Shown here: positions 42,175-59,895 of the stretch, piece after piece
How the letters are laid out: each line of letters opens with the position of its first letter
Position numbering within the stretch: position 1 is the stretch's first letter
From: the human T2T-CHM13v2.0 reference genome, Homo sapiens
Direction: 5' to 3'
NCBI GenBank assembly: GCA_009914755.4
Contig: CP086569.2
Span: forward strand, 2,272,001 to 2,336,000
DNA length: 64,000 nt
Position numbers and translations under genes: made by a program
Notes under the pieces: model-generated
Database searches by the model: none
The model's input: the letters and a program-made list of their open reading frames with translations, nothing else
Told to the model about the DNA's origin: nothing

Positions 42175-42760
42175 AGATAGGTAGACAGACAGACAAATAC
42201 ATTGATACAGATAGATAGATTCATGATAGATGATTGATAGATAGATATTACACAGATACATAGATACATATCTTAGACCTGATATATACAGGGTGGGTGG
42301 ATAGATAAATGAATAAATAGATAGATAGATATTACATAGATAGATAGATACATAGATTAGACCTGATATATACAGGGTGGGTGGATAGATAAATGAATAA
42401 ATGGCTTGATTGATGGATTGATGATTGATGGATTGATGGATTGGTAGATAAATGAATAAATGGCTAGATACATGATTGATTGATTGGTAGGTAAATGAAT
42501 AAATGGCTAGATACATGATTGATTGATAGATGATAGAGATTAGATAGATATATAGATACATAGATTAGACCTGATAGATATATGGATATATATACAGGAT
42601 GGGTGGATAAATGAATAAATGGCTAGATACATGATATAGATAGAGCCAATACATACATAGGTACATAGACAGGGTAGGTGGATAGATAGATGAAGACATG
42701 GATAGATAAATATACACAGAGATAGATCAATGATAGAAATGGGTATATAGATATATGAAT
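42175..42760. repeat. (GATA)n/(GATG)n composite microsatellite with a ~50-bp internal higher-order block
   Basis: gatagatagattcatgatagatgattgatagatagata...; tagacctgatatatacagggtgggtggatagataaatgaataaat recurs three times. Confidence 0.9.
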
Positions 42761-43504
42761 GATAGAAGATATTTTGAGAGAGAGATGATTAATAGGCAAT
42801 TGATTGACATATTAGATGACAGATAAAAAGTGGGTAAAATGCAAGTAAACTGTAAGCCAAACGTCCACGTGGAATAGCGTGGGAAGCATTGAGAAGACGC
42901 TTTTTGGTGCTACCTGTTTAAACATTGAAAAACTGAGCTAATACCCTCCACAGTACGATAGAGGGGAGGGCACTGGGAATTTATACCTCCCAGGAAAAAT
43001 AAATCATGGTAAACAGGCAGAGATCTTTCCAGATTCCAGTTCTTGGGGGTAAAAGGTCCCCAAGATGCCCAGTTTGTGACAACCTGTTTTGAACTATTCA
43101 GCTCAAGGTTTCCATTTTTTCTCCCAGGGGAGTTGCGTCGATTCTGATGTGTTTGCTTCGGTGCTCTGTGTATCGTATTCATCCCACTCTTCAATTCATA
43201 AACTCTGGAGATTCTTCAATTCACTGGGCAAACCATATGCCTAAGTCTATCCTCTGATGGAGGCTCGTACATGCAAAATCCAATAGCAACCTGGGAAGAT
43301 TTCAGTCAAGACCCAAGAGGAGGCTGGCATCAGGCTCTCGGTCACCGATCTTCACATTCAGGTTTCCTGATGCACTTTGCGACTCTTTGGGCAACCTCTG
43401 GACTCCTTGTTCCCAGGGTCCACATTTAGTTTTATCTTTACTGCATTGCTTTTATGAAAAAGAATAAAATTGGATGAAACAGATACAGAGTATTGGTGTC
43501 AACC

Positions 43505-43925
43505 TAAGTATTGGTGTCAACAAAGAGATGGTTTGGATCTGGTTCCCCACCACATCTTAGGTTGAGTTGGAATCCCCGGTTTGGAGGTGGCGCCTGGTGG
43601 GAGGTGACTGCATTATGCGGGTGGTTTCCATTGAATGGTTTACCACTGTCCCCCATGGTGCTGTTGTGGCGGAAGTGAGTTATCATCCAATCTGGTTGTT
43701 TAAAGGGTGCAACAACTTCCCCACCCCGTCCTGCTCCTGCTGTGGCCATGTAAGATGTGCCTGTTTCCCCTCTGCCTTCCGCCATGATTGTAAATTTCCT
43801 GAGGCCTCCCCAGCCGTGCTTCCTGTACTGCCTGTGGAACCGTGAGCCAATTTAAACCTCTTTTTCTTTATAAAATTACCCTGTCTCAGGTATTTCTTTA
43901 TAGCAGCGTAAGGACTGACTAATAC
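43505..43925 (+). mobile_element. MaLR LTR (MST/THE-like), plus orientation
   Basis: ...gtggcgcctggtgggaggtgactgcattatgcgggtgg...ccatgattgtaaatttcctgaggcctccccagccgtgcttcctgtactgcctgtggaaccgtgagccaatttaaacctctttttctttataaaattaccctgtctcaggtatttctttatagcagc. Confidence 0.75.
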
Positions 43926-44574
43926 ACTCTGTAATAGAAAAGATGTTTATTTGGGAGTATAGTAGTGCGCTGAGAATAGATGTGCCATATTAAACTGTGT
44001 TCATATTCAGGGAGGTAAAGGGGAAAAAAGGATTTTAAAGGAAATAATGAAGAGGATTCCATAATTCTTTTCAAATGATTATCCTTGGCTAAAAAGATCA
44101 ATAACATGGTGACACCAGTCTGAGTTTGGACAGCCAGTTTTTGGGCAGATGTCCTCGTGGAAGTATTTTTCTTTGCAAGGGTGAGATTTTTGCAGTCTCT
44201 TACGATAGTTTTTGTTATCAGGCATATAAGCATAAAAACCATTAATATACACTAGAGATGGATTGAAGAGCTTATAAAATTGTTAAGGTTTTCTTCTTTG
44301 GTCAGTGTCTAAAATATGAGTCAGATATTTCCTTGGTTATCTTTGAGATTTATGTGGTCCCAGGTTTCTCCTGGGTGGGTAGAAATTACTGCAGCACGTA
44401 CAAAACTGTCCTTCATGCCATACTTCTTCCTACCATTATACGATGAAAACTAACAAAAGAGAGTTTTATAAAATGTTCTTCCTCTTTCTCTCTGGTACCA
44501 ATAGGAAGCACAATTGTTTCCCCATGGTTCTTCACAAAGGTTCTATTGCACTAAGTTTTAAAGCCTTGTGTATA

Positions 44575-45180
44575 CACAATCACATTCACATATACCACAC
44601 ATACACGTGCATATACACAGTTACATCCGTACAGATACATACATGCACATGTATACACAGATAAACACATACATGCACAAATATAGACACATACACAGAC
44701 ACACATTCACATGTATGCGGACACACACACATATACACATATACCTATGCACAGAAACCATACAGATATACACATACATAACATACATGCACAGGTATAC
44801 ATACAAACATACACAGATATGTGCATACACATATACACACATAACACATGCATGCACACATATCCACAAGCCTGCAGATATACACACGTACACACAGATA
44901 TGCATATTCATACATACCAAACATACATTCATACTTACACCTATACACACACATACACAAACACATACAGAGATATACACACATGCACACAAATACATAC
45001 ACACATACATACACAGATACACATGTACATACATACCAAACATACATGCATACTTACACCTACACACATACACAAACACATATACACAAACACACATACA
45101 CAGGGATATGCACATGCACACAGATACCCACATACACACGTACATACTCACATAGAGTTACACACACACACGTGCACACG
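44575..45180. repeat. Imperfect (CA)n/(CATA)n/(CACATA)n low-complexity tract
   Basis: cacattcacatataccacacatacacgtgcatatacacag...acacacacacgtgcacacg; the source of the 'HTHTHIY' and 'CVCVC' ORF artefacts on both strands. Confidence 0.9.
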
Positions 45181-45310
45181 CAACTTTGGCATAATGGAAA
45201 TTTGATGATTGGTCATTGGAGTCAACCATACAGCCCCTGTCAGAAACAAAGGACCAAAGTCGAAGGGGACATGGATGCACAAACATCTCAACATCTACGG
45301 AACCACGTAA

Positions 45311-45757
<447 letters not shown>

Positions 45758-46399
45758 TAGAATTGGGTTGGTTTTGTTGCACTGGGTGTCTGGTAGCTCC
45801 GGAGAGAACAAATATAAATGTGAAAATGCATACCTTGGTCATCAGTGTTTCTCAACAATTCTCCATCCCACTTAACAAGGCCTCTGCTAGAACTCTGGGG
45901 TCCGTTCCAAGAGGAAAAACATCCCTGCCTAGAAGAAGCAAATGGAAGAATGTACTCTATGCTGCCATGTGTGTTCTCATCAGGCCTTATCTAAGTTTCT
46001 CACCAGGAGATGTTGAAAAATATTGCTTGATGGACGAAGGGTAACGTACTGCAGTTGTTTATTGAGAAATGCCAGCCGTCATCTCTTGCTCGTTAGCTGC
46101 TCTGAATGCTCTTAGAAGGCACCATTCATGCCGCTGTATTCGGGACTGCTGAATTGTGCCACATTCCTTGGTGTTACGCGTGTCTCTTGTTGATGAAGTT
46201 CTAACCACAGTGCCATTGTGAGGCTGGAAATGTCCTTGGGTGAAAAAGCGGCCCCTGGGTCACCTTTCCCATGATTCAGGTGCATGTGAACCCCTCTAGT
46301 GCTTTACTGCCAGGGTCCAGGAGAGAGGGAAAGAATGTCACTGTCCCAGCATCCTCTAAGTTACTTGACAACACAATTGTTCTAGTGTCAAGAGTTTTG

Positions 46400-46693
<294 letters not shown>

Positions 46694-46796
46694 GGTATTT
46701 TTTTTTTTTTCTTCAGCTCAAGAATGAAGTTTTTCTTAGTATCCTGTAGCTAAAATGATGCTTCTCCAATTTTATTTATTAAAAACGCCTAACGCT

Positions 46797-47110
46797 GGCC
46801 GGGTGCAGTAGCTCACGCCTGTAATCCTAGCACTTTGGGAGGCCAAGGCAGGTGGATCACGGGGTCAGGAGATTGAGACCATCCTGGCCAACATGGCAAA
46901 ATCCCGTCTCTACTAAAAAAAAATAGAAAAAATTAGCCGAGTGTGGTGGCGGGCGCCTGTAGTCCCAGCTACTCAGGAGGTTGAAGCAGAAGAAGCGCTT
47001 GAACCTAGGAGGTGGAGGTTGCAGTGAACCGAGCTCGCGCCGCTGTACTCCAGCATGGCAACACAGTGAGACTGTTTCAGAAAAACAAACAACAACAAAA
47101 AACAACTAAT
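46797..47110 (+). mobile_element. Alu SINE
   Basis: ggccgggtgcagtagctcacgcctgtaatcctagcactttgggaggccaaggcaggtggatcacggggtcagg...; A-rich tail. Confidence 0.9.
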
Positions 47111-47399
47111 AGTAATGATCACATTTTTGGGCTCAAACATCTTAATTCTGGAAAGAGGAGATGCCACAATGGATACCACACTAAAGAGATGCTCTGGAGA
47201 ATTTTGCAAGGGAAGAAATTGTCATCTTAGGGAGGGCACACTGGGGAAGCTTTTCAGACACTGGTCATTCACCGGTATGATTAGAAGAAATGCCACACAG
47301 ACCTCAGGATACCTTGACCCAGACGGGGTCACTCTGATGCCTTCTGAAGTGAGAAATTGATCACGTTACCACAGCTAGTCACCACTCACTGGGTGACTT

Positions 47400-48062
<663 letters not shown>

Positions 48063-48674
48063 GCACATATCTTTTTATGACTCACAACAATATGCAACTC
48101 TGGCATGCAATCATGCTAGTGGTTTACTTGGGCAGACCCTCCAGGCCTGCGTGGCAAGGGAGTGGGGGTTCACGCCACAGCAAAGAGGAGGAAGGAAAAC
48201 CCCTGTGCTTCAGCTTTTTCGGATCACAGGAAAGAGCAAACCCAGCAATTCAAGGGCAGCGGTCAAAGACTGCAGGTATAGAGCATGAGAAGCAGTGAGC
48301 ACAGGGCTGGAGGGGGGCACAGAAATGGTAGCAAAGGTCAGGGATATGAGGGGATAGCTTGAGGTGGGGCCGACCTTCATGGGAGGGATGGCAGAAGGCG
48401 AAGATGATTCAAAGGGAGGATGGGGCACCGGTAACATCAGCTCCAGGAGCTCAGGAAAGTGTAGAAGGGAGCTCCTTCTCCATCCAAGACTGACCCCGTG
48501 TCTCTCACGCTTTGGTGCAAGGATGCATGGATGCTGAGACTCATAGGAAGGGTGTGTGAGGCATGAAGCATGTGGGAAGTGGAAAAAGGGAAAGAGGAGG
48601 AGAAGGGCTGTGGGGAAATAAGTGAGTAGAATTGAGGAAACAGACCATTGACTTAATTCTTGAAAGGATTCAAA

Positions 48675-48990
48675 GGCCAGGTGCAGTGGCTTATGTCAGC
48701 AACCCCAGTTACTCAAGAGGCTGAGAGAGGAGGATCACCTGAGACCAGGAGTTTGAGATCAGCCTGGACAACATGGTGAAACTCCGTCTCTACTAAAAAT
48801 ACAAAAATTGGCTGGGCAGGCTGGTGGGCACCTGTAATCCTAGCTACTTGGGAGGCTGAAGCAGGAAAATTGCTTGAACCAGGAGGCATAGGTTGCAGTG
48901 AGCTGAGGTCGTGCCATTGCACTCCAGCCTGGGCGATAGAATGAGACTCTGTCTCAAAAACAAAAAAACAAAACAAAAAAGATACGGGTT
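48675..48990 (+). mobile_element. Alu SINE
   Basis: ggccaggtgcagtggcttatgtcagcaaccccagttactcaagaggctgagagaggaggatcacctgagaccagg...; (CAAAA)n tail. Confidence 0.85.
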
Positions 48991-48993
48991 GAG

Positions 48994-49125
48994 CACAGTT
49001 GCTCATCCCTGTAATCCTAGCACTTTGGGAGGTTAATGCAGGAGGATTGCTTGAGACCAGGAATTCAAGTCCAGCCTGGGCAACATAGTGAGACCCCATC
49101 TCTAAAAAAACAACAAGAAAAACAC
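48994..49125 (+). mobile_element. Alu-monomer (FLAM-like) fragment
   Basis: gggttgagcacagttgctcatccctgtaatcctagcactttgggaggttaatgcaggaggattgcttgagaccaggaattcaagtccagcctgggcaacatagtgagaccccatctct. Confidence 0.75.
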
Positions 49126-49279
49126 AAAAATATACATCATGACACCTGTATTCACACTCCTCATATACTGCAGACAAATGCCATTTTGAAGAGAGGGAGC
49201 TTTATTCCTGAGTGGGCGGAGGAAGAAGGATGAATTGAGGAAGTGTGTTCATTACTTGTCAGCTGCCAACACTGAAAAC

Positions 49280-49710
49280 AACACATGTTTATTTTCTTAC
49301 ATTTCTGTAGGTCAGGAGTCTGAAATGGATTTCACTATTTTAAAATCAAGGTGTTGGGAGGCTTGCAGTCTCTCCAGAATCTCTAGGAGAGAATTCATTT
49401 CTTACTTTTTCTAGTTTTTACAAGCCACCTGCCATCCTTGGCTCATTAGCCGTTACCCCATCTTCAAAGCACATGACTCCGACCTCTGCTTCCATCCTCA
49501 CATCCCTTTTTTCTGCGGTTAAATATCTCCCTTCCTCTCCTTATAAAAGCCCTGGGACCCCACTGTGATTCCATAGATCATTCAAAAAATGTCCCCATCT
49601 TAAGAACCTTACCTGAATCCTATCTGCAAATTCCTCTTTGTCCTAAAAGTTCACAAGTTCTAAGAATTAGGATGTGGGCATCTCTGGGGACCAGGATTGT
49701 ACCTGCCACA
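49280..49710 (-). mobile_element. MaLR MLT1-like LTR, minus orientation
   Basis: ...gaatctctaggagagaattcatttcttactttttctagtttttacaagccacctgcc...ccatcttaagaaccttacctgaatcctatctgcaaattcctctttg...ttaggatgtgggcatctctgggg. Confidence 0.55.
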
Positions 49711-49891
49711 TAGGGTTTGAACACCTGATGGGATCTGGGAGCCTGATGAGGGAGGGTGTCACCCCTGAGGGGCTGGGTCAAAGTGAACCAAGTAGCTAGA
49801 ACAGGTGGTCACAAGAAGTTGGTGATTCCCAAGGGCACCAGCTTGGGAGAAGTAAGTGGGGCAGCTGGGGACCCCTCCACCTCTAGGGTCA

Positions 49892-50477
<586 letters not shown>

Positions 50478-51086
50478 CTAACACTAACAGAGAAGTTTTC
50501 AAACCTCAGGAAGATGGACCCAAGCCATATCACTGGCTTCTTTTCAAGGGAAAATTTGATTTTTTTTTCCCTTAACTGAACTCTTTTGGGCCACCCTGTT
50601 GACTGTAATGAGCACAGACTGCGTTTATCGTGGGAAATGAACTTTGCAATGAATTACTCCAAGAAATGATGCCGTTAGCAATGGGTACATGAGTGGAAGC
50701 AACAGCAGCGTGGGATCAGAGCCAGGATCTGAGAGATGCAGAGCTGGGAGGCAGGAGAAAGCTGTCTGGGAGCAAGCAGAGGGTGCTAGACCCAATGAAC
50801 ATGGCAAGCAAGGCTAGACCCTGAGGACAGTCAAAGGGCCATTTTCAAGGTTGAGGACTGACTGTGGCCTCACTGTGTTCCCCTCCATGGCACGCCATAC
50901 CTGAGCTCCTCTTTCCCTCCTCACTGAGCCCCACAGGATCCTCGGTTCCATCGACCACAGGCCCTTTGCACATACCACACTTGCTACACAAAACTTTCTG
51001 CCTCTACCTTGTGCTGTCTTCATACTTCAATTGTCAGCTCCACTGTTAGCTCCATGGTCACTTCCCCTTAAAAGTTCACATCTGTG

Positions 51087-51395
<309 letters not shown>

Positions 51396-52299
51396 TCATA
51401 TATCTGTGTCCCTGCCTGACCCAAGCTGACCATGTTATAAGCATCTAGAAGCCTCACCTCCTTACTGCGGCTCTGACCACGGCACTACTTTTATATCCTG
51501 TGGGCAATTTTGTTTAAATATCCGCTTTCCTCGTTAGACGCTAAGCAACATGGGAGTGAGTGTCTGGCCATGGTTTGCTCATCTGTGCATCTCCAGGACT
51601 GGCTGGGTTCCTGGGTATGAAGAAGCAGCGGTCCACACACATGGGTGAACCTGTGCTTCTTCTCACCACTACACTGCTTGGCTTCCTTATTTCCTTCCTG
51701 TCACCTGGAATGCCTACCCTGTACTTCTCTCCAGCTCCAACACCATCATTTACCACCTCGTTCAGCTCCCAGGCATCCTAGAAGCCTTTCCTGACCACAG
51801 GGGTGCATCGTGGTGCACAATTCCTTCAGCTGCCACTATGGTGCAAGATGAGTCTAGAAGAACAGTTTTGCTGTGCGGTCACCCTTACTCACTATTGTGA
51901 TTTTGCCTTTAACATATTGAAAAAGACACAGAAAACACACACCATCCGATCAGTTAGTTGCAGACACATCGCCCGATGCTAAGAATGTGCTGTGTTTTAA
52001 ATTGACGTCTGTTGGCTCTTCAGCTTCTGCTCTGGGCTTCTTATGTCCCCACTCGGCCCTGAATCCCATTCCCCCAAATCTCAGTAACTTTGGTGGCTTT
52101 TGCACCAGCCAAAATCAGATCCTAGGTCTTGAGCAAAACCAAGAGCAAGGAAAAAAATCCCACATGGGAATCTGAGACCTCACTCTAATGACTTCAGTTG
52201 CTGTTGACTTGATTTCCTTCAACTGCCGAAGGAGGTTAGAACAGTTTCCTCTTGCTTCTAGGACAAAGCATCACAGACTTTGCAGCTTAAAACAATGCA

Positions 52300-52700
52300 C
52301 ATTTCTTTGCTTACAGTTCTGGAGGTAAGAAGTCTGAAATTAGTTTCCTGGGGCTCCCATCAAGGTGTCAGCAGGGCTGGCTTCCTTCTGGAGGCTCTAG
52401 GAGAGAAACGGTTTGCTTGACATTTCCAGCTTCTAGAGGCTGCCTACACGCCTTATTATGTAGCTGCTCCCTCCATCTTCAAAGCCAGCAGTGTAGCATC
52501 TTCCAATCTCTCTCTAACTCTGACCCTCTTGCTTCCCTCTTTCCATGATAAAGACCCATGTGATAACATTGGTCCTACCTGGGTAATCCAGTAATGTCTT
52601 CTCATCTCAAGCTCAGCTGATCAGCAACTTTCATTCCATCTGCAACCTTCATTTCCCTTGCACAGGTTCTGGGAATCAGGACATGGATATCTTTGGAGCC
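52300..52700 (-). mobile_element. MaLR MLT1-like LTR, minus orientation
   Basis: ttcctggggctcccatcaaggtgtcagcagggctggcttccttctggaggctctaggagagaaacggtttgcttgacatttccagcttctagaggctgcctacacgcc...tcatctcaagctcagctgatcagcaactttcattccatctgcaacc. Confidence 0.65.
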
Positions 52701-53469
52701 TGCTATTGCTTCTACCTACAACTGGTGTTACAAGACTTGGCCCACTTAATCTTGCAAATTCTTTCTGCCCCTCTCCTGTGCTTAATGAGATCTGTTCTCT
52801 ATGAATGTTCAGGACCTCAGGAGTAGGGACCCCAAAGGCTGGGGGCAAAGTAGATGTGACAGGTGCCAAGCATAGGATGTGTGACCAGATTCGGTCATGT
52901 GATTACATTGTGAAGTGACCCAGGCATTTTCATTAAGAAGGAAAGTGGTTGTAGGAGGAGGAAATTGAACACAACCCACACATGGGTGGTTGGAAAATCT
53001 GAGACCTCTCGTGGGCATGCTCATCCATTTCACTCACCGGTACAGGGGAAATTCTTAGACCTGTCAGTGCAACTATTTGAAATAAACATCCAAGAAAGGC
53101 AGCAAACTTCAGGTAGGATGAAGTCAGAAGTCCACCCTGAAGCACAGTAAAAGCCACAAGACAGAAGTGACTGATCCCATCCCAGGGATCCTAAAGAAGA
53201 TTATCATCAGACTTCTCATTGGAAACTTTGGAAGTCGGAAGGCAGTAGGCTGATAAATTCAAAATGCTAAAAAAGAAAACCAATGAAAACATGCTAACCA
53301 AGAAAAAAAAATGCTACATGGCTGAAGAAATCATGCAGAAATCTTAGCAACATTTTAAATGATCCAACAAGGTCTGTTGTTTCTGCGCAAATATGGGCAA
53401 ACATGAGCTGGTATAGCTTATTTTTATGGGTGCAGGGAGCATGCAGTTATCTCCACTAGCATGTTTTTG

Positions 53470-53761
53470 TTTGTTTGCTTTGAGATGGATTCTCACTCTG
53501 TCGCCCAGGCTGGAGTGCAGTGGCACAATCTTGGCTCACTGCAACCTCCGTCTCCCGGGTTCAAGCAGTTCCCTGCCTCAGCCTCCTGAGTAGCTAGGAT
53601 TACAGGTGCCCACCACCATGCCCAGCTAATTTTTGTATTTTTAGTAGAGATGGGGTTTCAGCATCTTGGCCAAGGCTGGTCTTGAACTCCTGACCTTGTG
53701 ATCCACTCACATCAGCCTCCCAAAGTGCTGGGATTACAGGTGTGAGCCACCGCATCCAGCC
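53470..53761 (-). mobile_element. Alu SINE, minus orientation
   Basis: tttgagatggattctcactctgtcgcccaggctggagtgcagtggcacaatcttggctcactgcaacc...ggtgtgagccaccgcatccagcc. Confidence 0.9.
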
Positions 53762-54974
53762 TGTTTTTCTTTTCAACTCATGCATAGGTTCAGAATTTAG
53801 TTCCAGGTATGTGAGAGCTCCTTGTAGATGTTTTTCATGATGAGGCACCTGGCTTACCAGACTTTATCTGACTTCTTGCTTTATCTTCCCAACAGTTCAG
53901 CACCGTGGTGCGGTACAGGGTCCCATTAGCAGGTCTCATTTCCCACCACTGACTGAACATCAGCAGGCTCAATCCACAAGTCAGGGGCTGGGGATGTCTT
54001 GTCAAGAATTCCCTCTTTAGGGGCAGGAATGAAATTTATAACAACATCCATACTGTTTGATGGAGCCCTCTCTACATGGCAGGTGCTTTGCAAGCACTTT
54101 CAGAAAATCTGCACCAAACCTTATAGTAAGAATGATCGCTGTCATTCTACAAGTCAGAAACTTGAAGATCAGATTGGTGACATGTTCAGCTAATGCACTG
54201 CTAATAAACAGCAGAAGTGAAATTCAAATATCAAGACATTTGTCCTCAAAGTCTATGCTTGTAACTAGATTATGGCCCTGATATCCTAGGGGTGAATCAG
54301 TTTCAGTTTCCCTTCCTGGACCCCCAGCAAGTAGTACATGGGAATTATTGTAGTCCGCTATAGCGGGGAGCAGTGTAAACAGATAAACAAGGTTTTCCGG
54401 GGCCCTGGTTTAGGCAAATAAATCTTACAACTTATCTGGCTCTTTCAAGTCGACTTCAGACTTCGCCTTGCTTTCTAGACTGTTTTGCCTAATGGAAAAT
54501 AGTGTTTGTATCTTTAGAAAATGTAATACGTGATTTTCCCCTCTCAATATTTTGCAGGTCAGAGATATTGCTTTGATCTATTTTCACATAATAATTATTA
54601 TTTGAGGTCTCAAGACCAGCATCTTCATCTGTGTGGGGCTCTGAGTTAAGGGCTTTCCAGAGACTCACTCCTGCCGTTTCTTCTAACTCCCTTGAGCAGA
54701 GGCCAGCAGTAGAGAAACTTGATAAATAACACAAGTGCTATAATCCCTGAGTCCTCTAAGAAATGAGACACAAAGGAAAGATCCAGGGACATTTTCACAG
54801 ATGTGCCCAATTCCAGTGGCCCCAGGTTTCCCACCCTGCTGTTGATATTCTGCCACCCATAGTCGTGATCATCTGGCTACAAAACAGCAGGCAAGGCTGT
54901 GCATGAGTGATGTTACAGGTGGGCTCATGGCTACATGGATGTCTGGACATGTCTAGGTGTCCATATGCAGGACC

Positions 54975-55670
54975 TGAGGGAAAGTGAGAAGGAGGGAGGG
55001 ATGGGTGAATAGATGGATAGATAAATGGATGGAAAGGTGGACGAATGGATAGATGCATGAATGGATGGTGAATTGGTGGGTAAAATGGAGGGATGGATGG
55101 GTGTTTGGATGGATATTTGGATGGATGGATGGAGGGATGGATGGGTGTTTGGATGGATATTTGGATGGATGGATGGATGGATGGATGAGTGAATGGCTGA
55201 GTGGATGGGTAGACGGATGGATGGAGAGATGGATAAGTGTTTGATGGATGAATAGACACATACATGGATGGACAGGTGTTTGGGTGGATGTGTAGGTGGA
55301 AAGGTGGATAGATAGATTGATGGGTGGATGGATAGAGGGAATGATGGATCACTGAATACATGTGTCAATGAATGGGGGATGTATCATTGGAGGGATGGGT
55401 GAGTGGTATGGTGGATGAGTAGATGAATGAGTGGGTGGATAGATGGATGGATGGATGGATGGATGGATGGATGGTAAGGTGGATGAGTAGATGGGTGGAT
55501 GGGTGGATGGATGGATGGATAGATGGATAGGTAGATAAGTAGATGATTGGATGGATGGATGCATGAATAAACAGGTTCATGGATGGGTGGATGAGTGGAT
55601 AGATGGATGGGTGGATGTGGGTGGCTGGATAGATATGTAGATAGATGCAAAGGTGAATGCAAAGAGAAGG
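54975..55670. repeat. (GGAT)n/(GGATGGATGAATG)n composite microsatellite, GGAT-rich on the + strand
   Basis: gatggatagataaatggatggaaaggtggacgaatggatagatg...ggatggatggatggatggatgg; the inverse orientation of the 11735-12395 array; the source of the 'IHPSIHPS' minus-strand ORF artefacts. Confidence 0.95.
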
Positions 55671-56539
55671 ATAGATTTATGAGGATGCAAGTGAGAATTT
55701 TTCTCCTTAGGTCATCAGGGGAAAATTAAATCCTTACCCACGGAGACATCTTTCATTTGAGTCAGGCAGAGGCCCTCTTTTTCTCTCTCCTGGTGACCAG
55801 GACAAAGAGAAATGCAGGTGTAGAGAGCTCTGATCAGGGAGCCCTGCCTGCCTCCTGTCCTGGGTGACCTTTACCAAATCCTCTCCTGCGTTGGGTCTCC
55901 CTAACCTTGATTTTCAAATGGTGGCTTCAGGGCTTTGCCTTTTCTGTGTCTGTGGTTCTCTGTCATCCATCAAGTCTCCCAGGGAGCCCCTTCTTGCCTC
56001 CCCTCTGTCCCTTTGGCCCCCACTCCAGACCCCAGATTGGGTTCAGGGTTCCTCTCTAGAAGTCACTGATGGGAGCCCACACCCTGAAAATGCCTTTAGT
56101 CTTCATTCCAGCCTCTCCTCTCTGCCAAGTGAGCTGCCCTTGCTGGCAGCAGTCACTTCCTCACACAGGGGGATGCTTGTTCCAGCACACTGAGTAAGTG
56201 CTGTCTCCTGAGTGGGAATTGGCTTGGCACAGGCGACCGTATGACATTGTTTCAAAAAGTCATTCAAATTCTTTGTCTTGTACATCCTGTCTGGAAGCAC
56301 GTATATACATTCCCGCCTCCCCACTGGGCACGCTCTTACCCTTGCCCTGCCATTCTGGTGCTAGGAGCTGTTTGTGCTGTCCACTGGGTGGACAGAGACG
56401 TCTTCCCCATGAAAAGAGGAATCAGGGTTTTCATGTATCTCTTAGAAGCCGGGCATTTGGCACCGGGGCTCATGAACAGCTGATTTTTGAAGTGGTCCCA
56501 GGGAAAGCTCAGTTGGTGACTGATAAGAAGAAGGTCTGG

Positions 56540-56890
<351 letters not shown>

Positions 56891-57026
56891 TCATCTTCCT
56901 TGCCCAGTGGATCTGTGGTTTCATACCCTGGGTCTCCTGAAGCTTTGGGGTTTTTCTCATTTTTTTTTCTTTGAGATGGAGTCTTTTTTCTTTATAAATT
57001 ATCCAGTCTTAGTTATTTCTTTATAG

Positions 57027-57614
<588 letters not shown>

Positions 57615-57659
57615 TGATGGATGCACCACCCATTGAGTTGATTATAAAAGGCTGATAAG

Positions 57660-57970
<311 letters not shown>

Positions 57971-58236
57971 CATAAATAAAAGGCTGATAATAAGCAAATT
58001 GCTAACTGTGGGGTCTGTGACTATGGACTCTTTCTTGTGTTCAAAATAGCTTTTCTGCAGAGTTAACTGTGCAAACCCAGGACAGCAGATTCTGTTTGTG
58101 CCCTTCAAGTGGTTTAGATTTCAGATTACCAAGATAGAAAAATATGTTTGACTACCTGTCCACAGTTCTGTATTTTCAATGCTTATAATGGGACTACAAA
58201 TAAGACAACCTGAGCCTTTGTTTCCCATACCCCTGA

Positions 58237-58565
<329 letters not shown>

Positions 58566-58569
58566 TGAG

Positions 58570-59275
58570 CAATGTTTAAATCCTCAAAGCATCACTAGAA
58601 TTCTGATAACTGTTTTTACAAAGAAGGAAAGGAATCATTATTGGCAAGGATGTGGAAACATTAGAATTCTCCTACTTTGCTGGTGGGAAGTTAAAGTGGT
58701 GTAGCCACTATGGAAGGCAGTTTTATGGCTCTTCAGAAAATTAAACACAGAATTACCAAGTGATGTAGCAATCCTACTTCTACCTAATACCTAAAGATAC
58801 TGAAAACAAATGTGTAAACAGAAATTTGTACACAAATGTATGTAGCAATATCCAAAATGCCAAAAGGTGAAAACAGTCTGATGTCCATCTAATACTAAAT
58901 GGATAAACCCCATGTGTTCCATCCATACAATGGAATATTATTCAGCCACGAAAAGGAATGAAACAGTCATATGCTACAACATGAATGAACCTTGAAGACA
59001 TTATGCTAAGTGCAGAAAGAGAGACACAAAAGGTCACATATTGTAGGAGTCCATTTATATAAAATGTCCAGAATAGTTAAAGCCATCAAGACAGAAATTG
59101 AACTCATGGTTGCTTAGGGCTGGGGGCAGGGAAAATGAACAGTGATTACTTGATAGGTACGAAGTTTCCTTTGGCGGTGATGGCAGGGTTCTGGAACTAG
59201 ATAGCGGTGATGGTGGCATAACACTGTGGATGTAGTCAATGCGCCTGAATTGTTCACTTAAAAATGGTAAAAACG
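58570..59275 (+). mobile_element. LINE-1 (older L1M/L1P-type) ORF2 end and 3'UTR
   Basis: ggcaaggatgtggaaacattagaattctcctactttgctggtgggaagttaaagtggtgtagccactatggaaggcagtt...caatggaatattattcagccacgaaaaggaatgaaacagtcatatgctacaacatgaatgaaccttgaagacattatgctaagtg...aattgttcacttaaaaatggtaaaaacgg. Confidence 0.85.

Positions 59276-59895
<620 letters not shown>

Noticed and set aside
54795-55662. Minus-strand ORFs of 145-188 aa rich in 'HPSIHPS'
   Set aside because: A (GGAT)n microsatellite artefact, mirroring the ORFs at 11596-12396.
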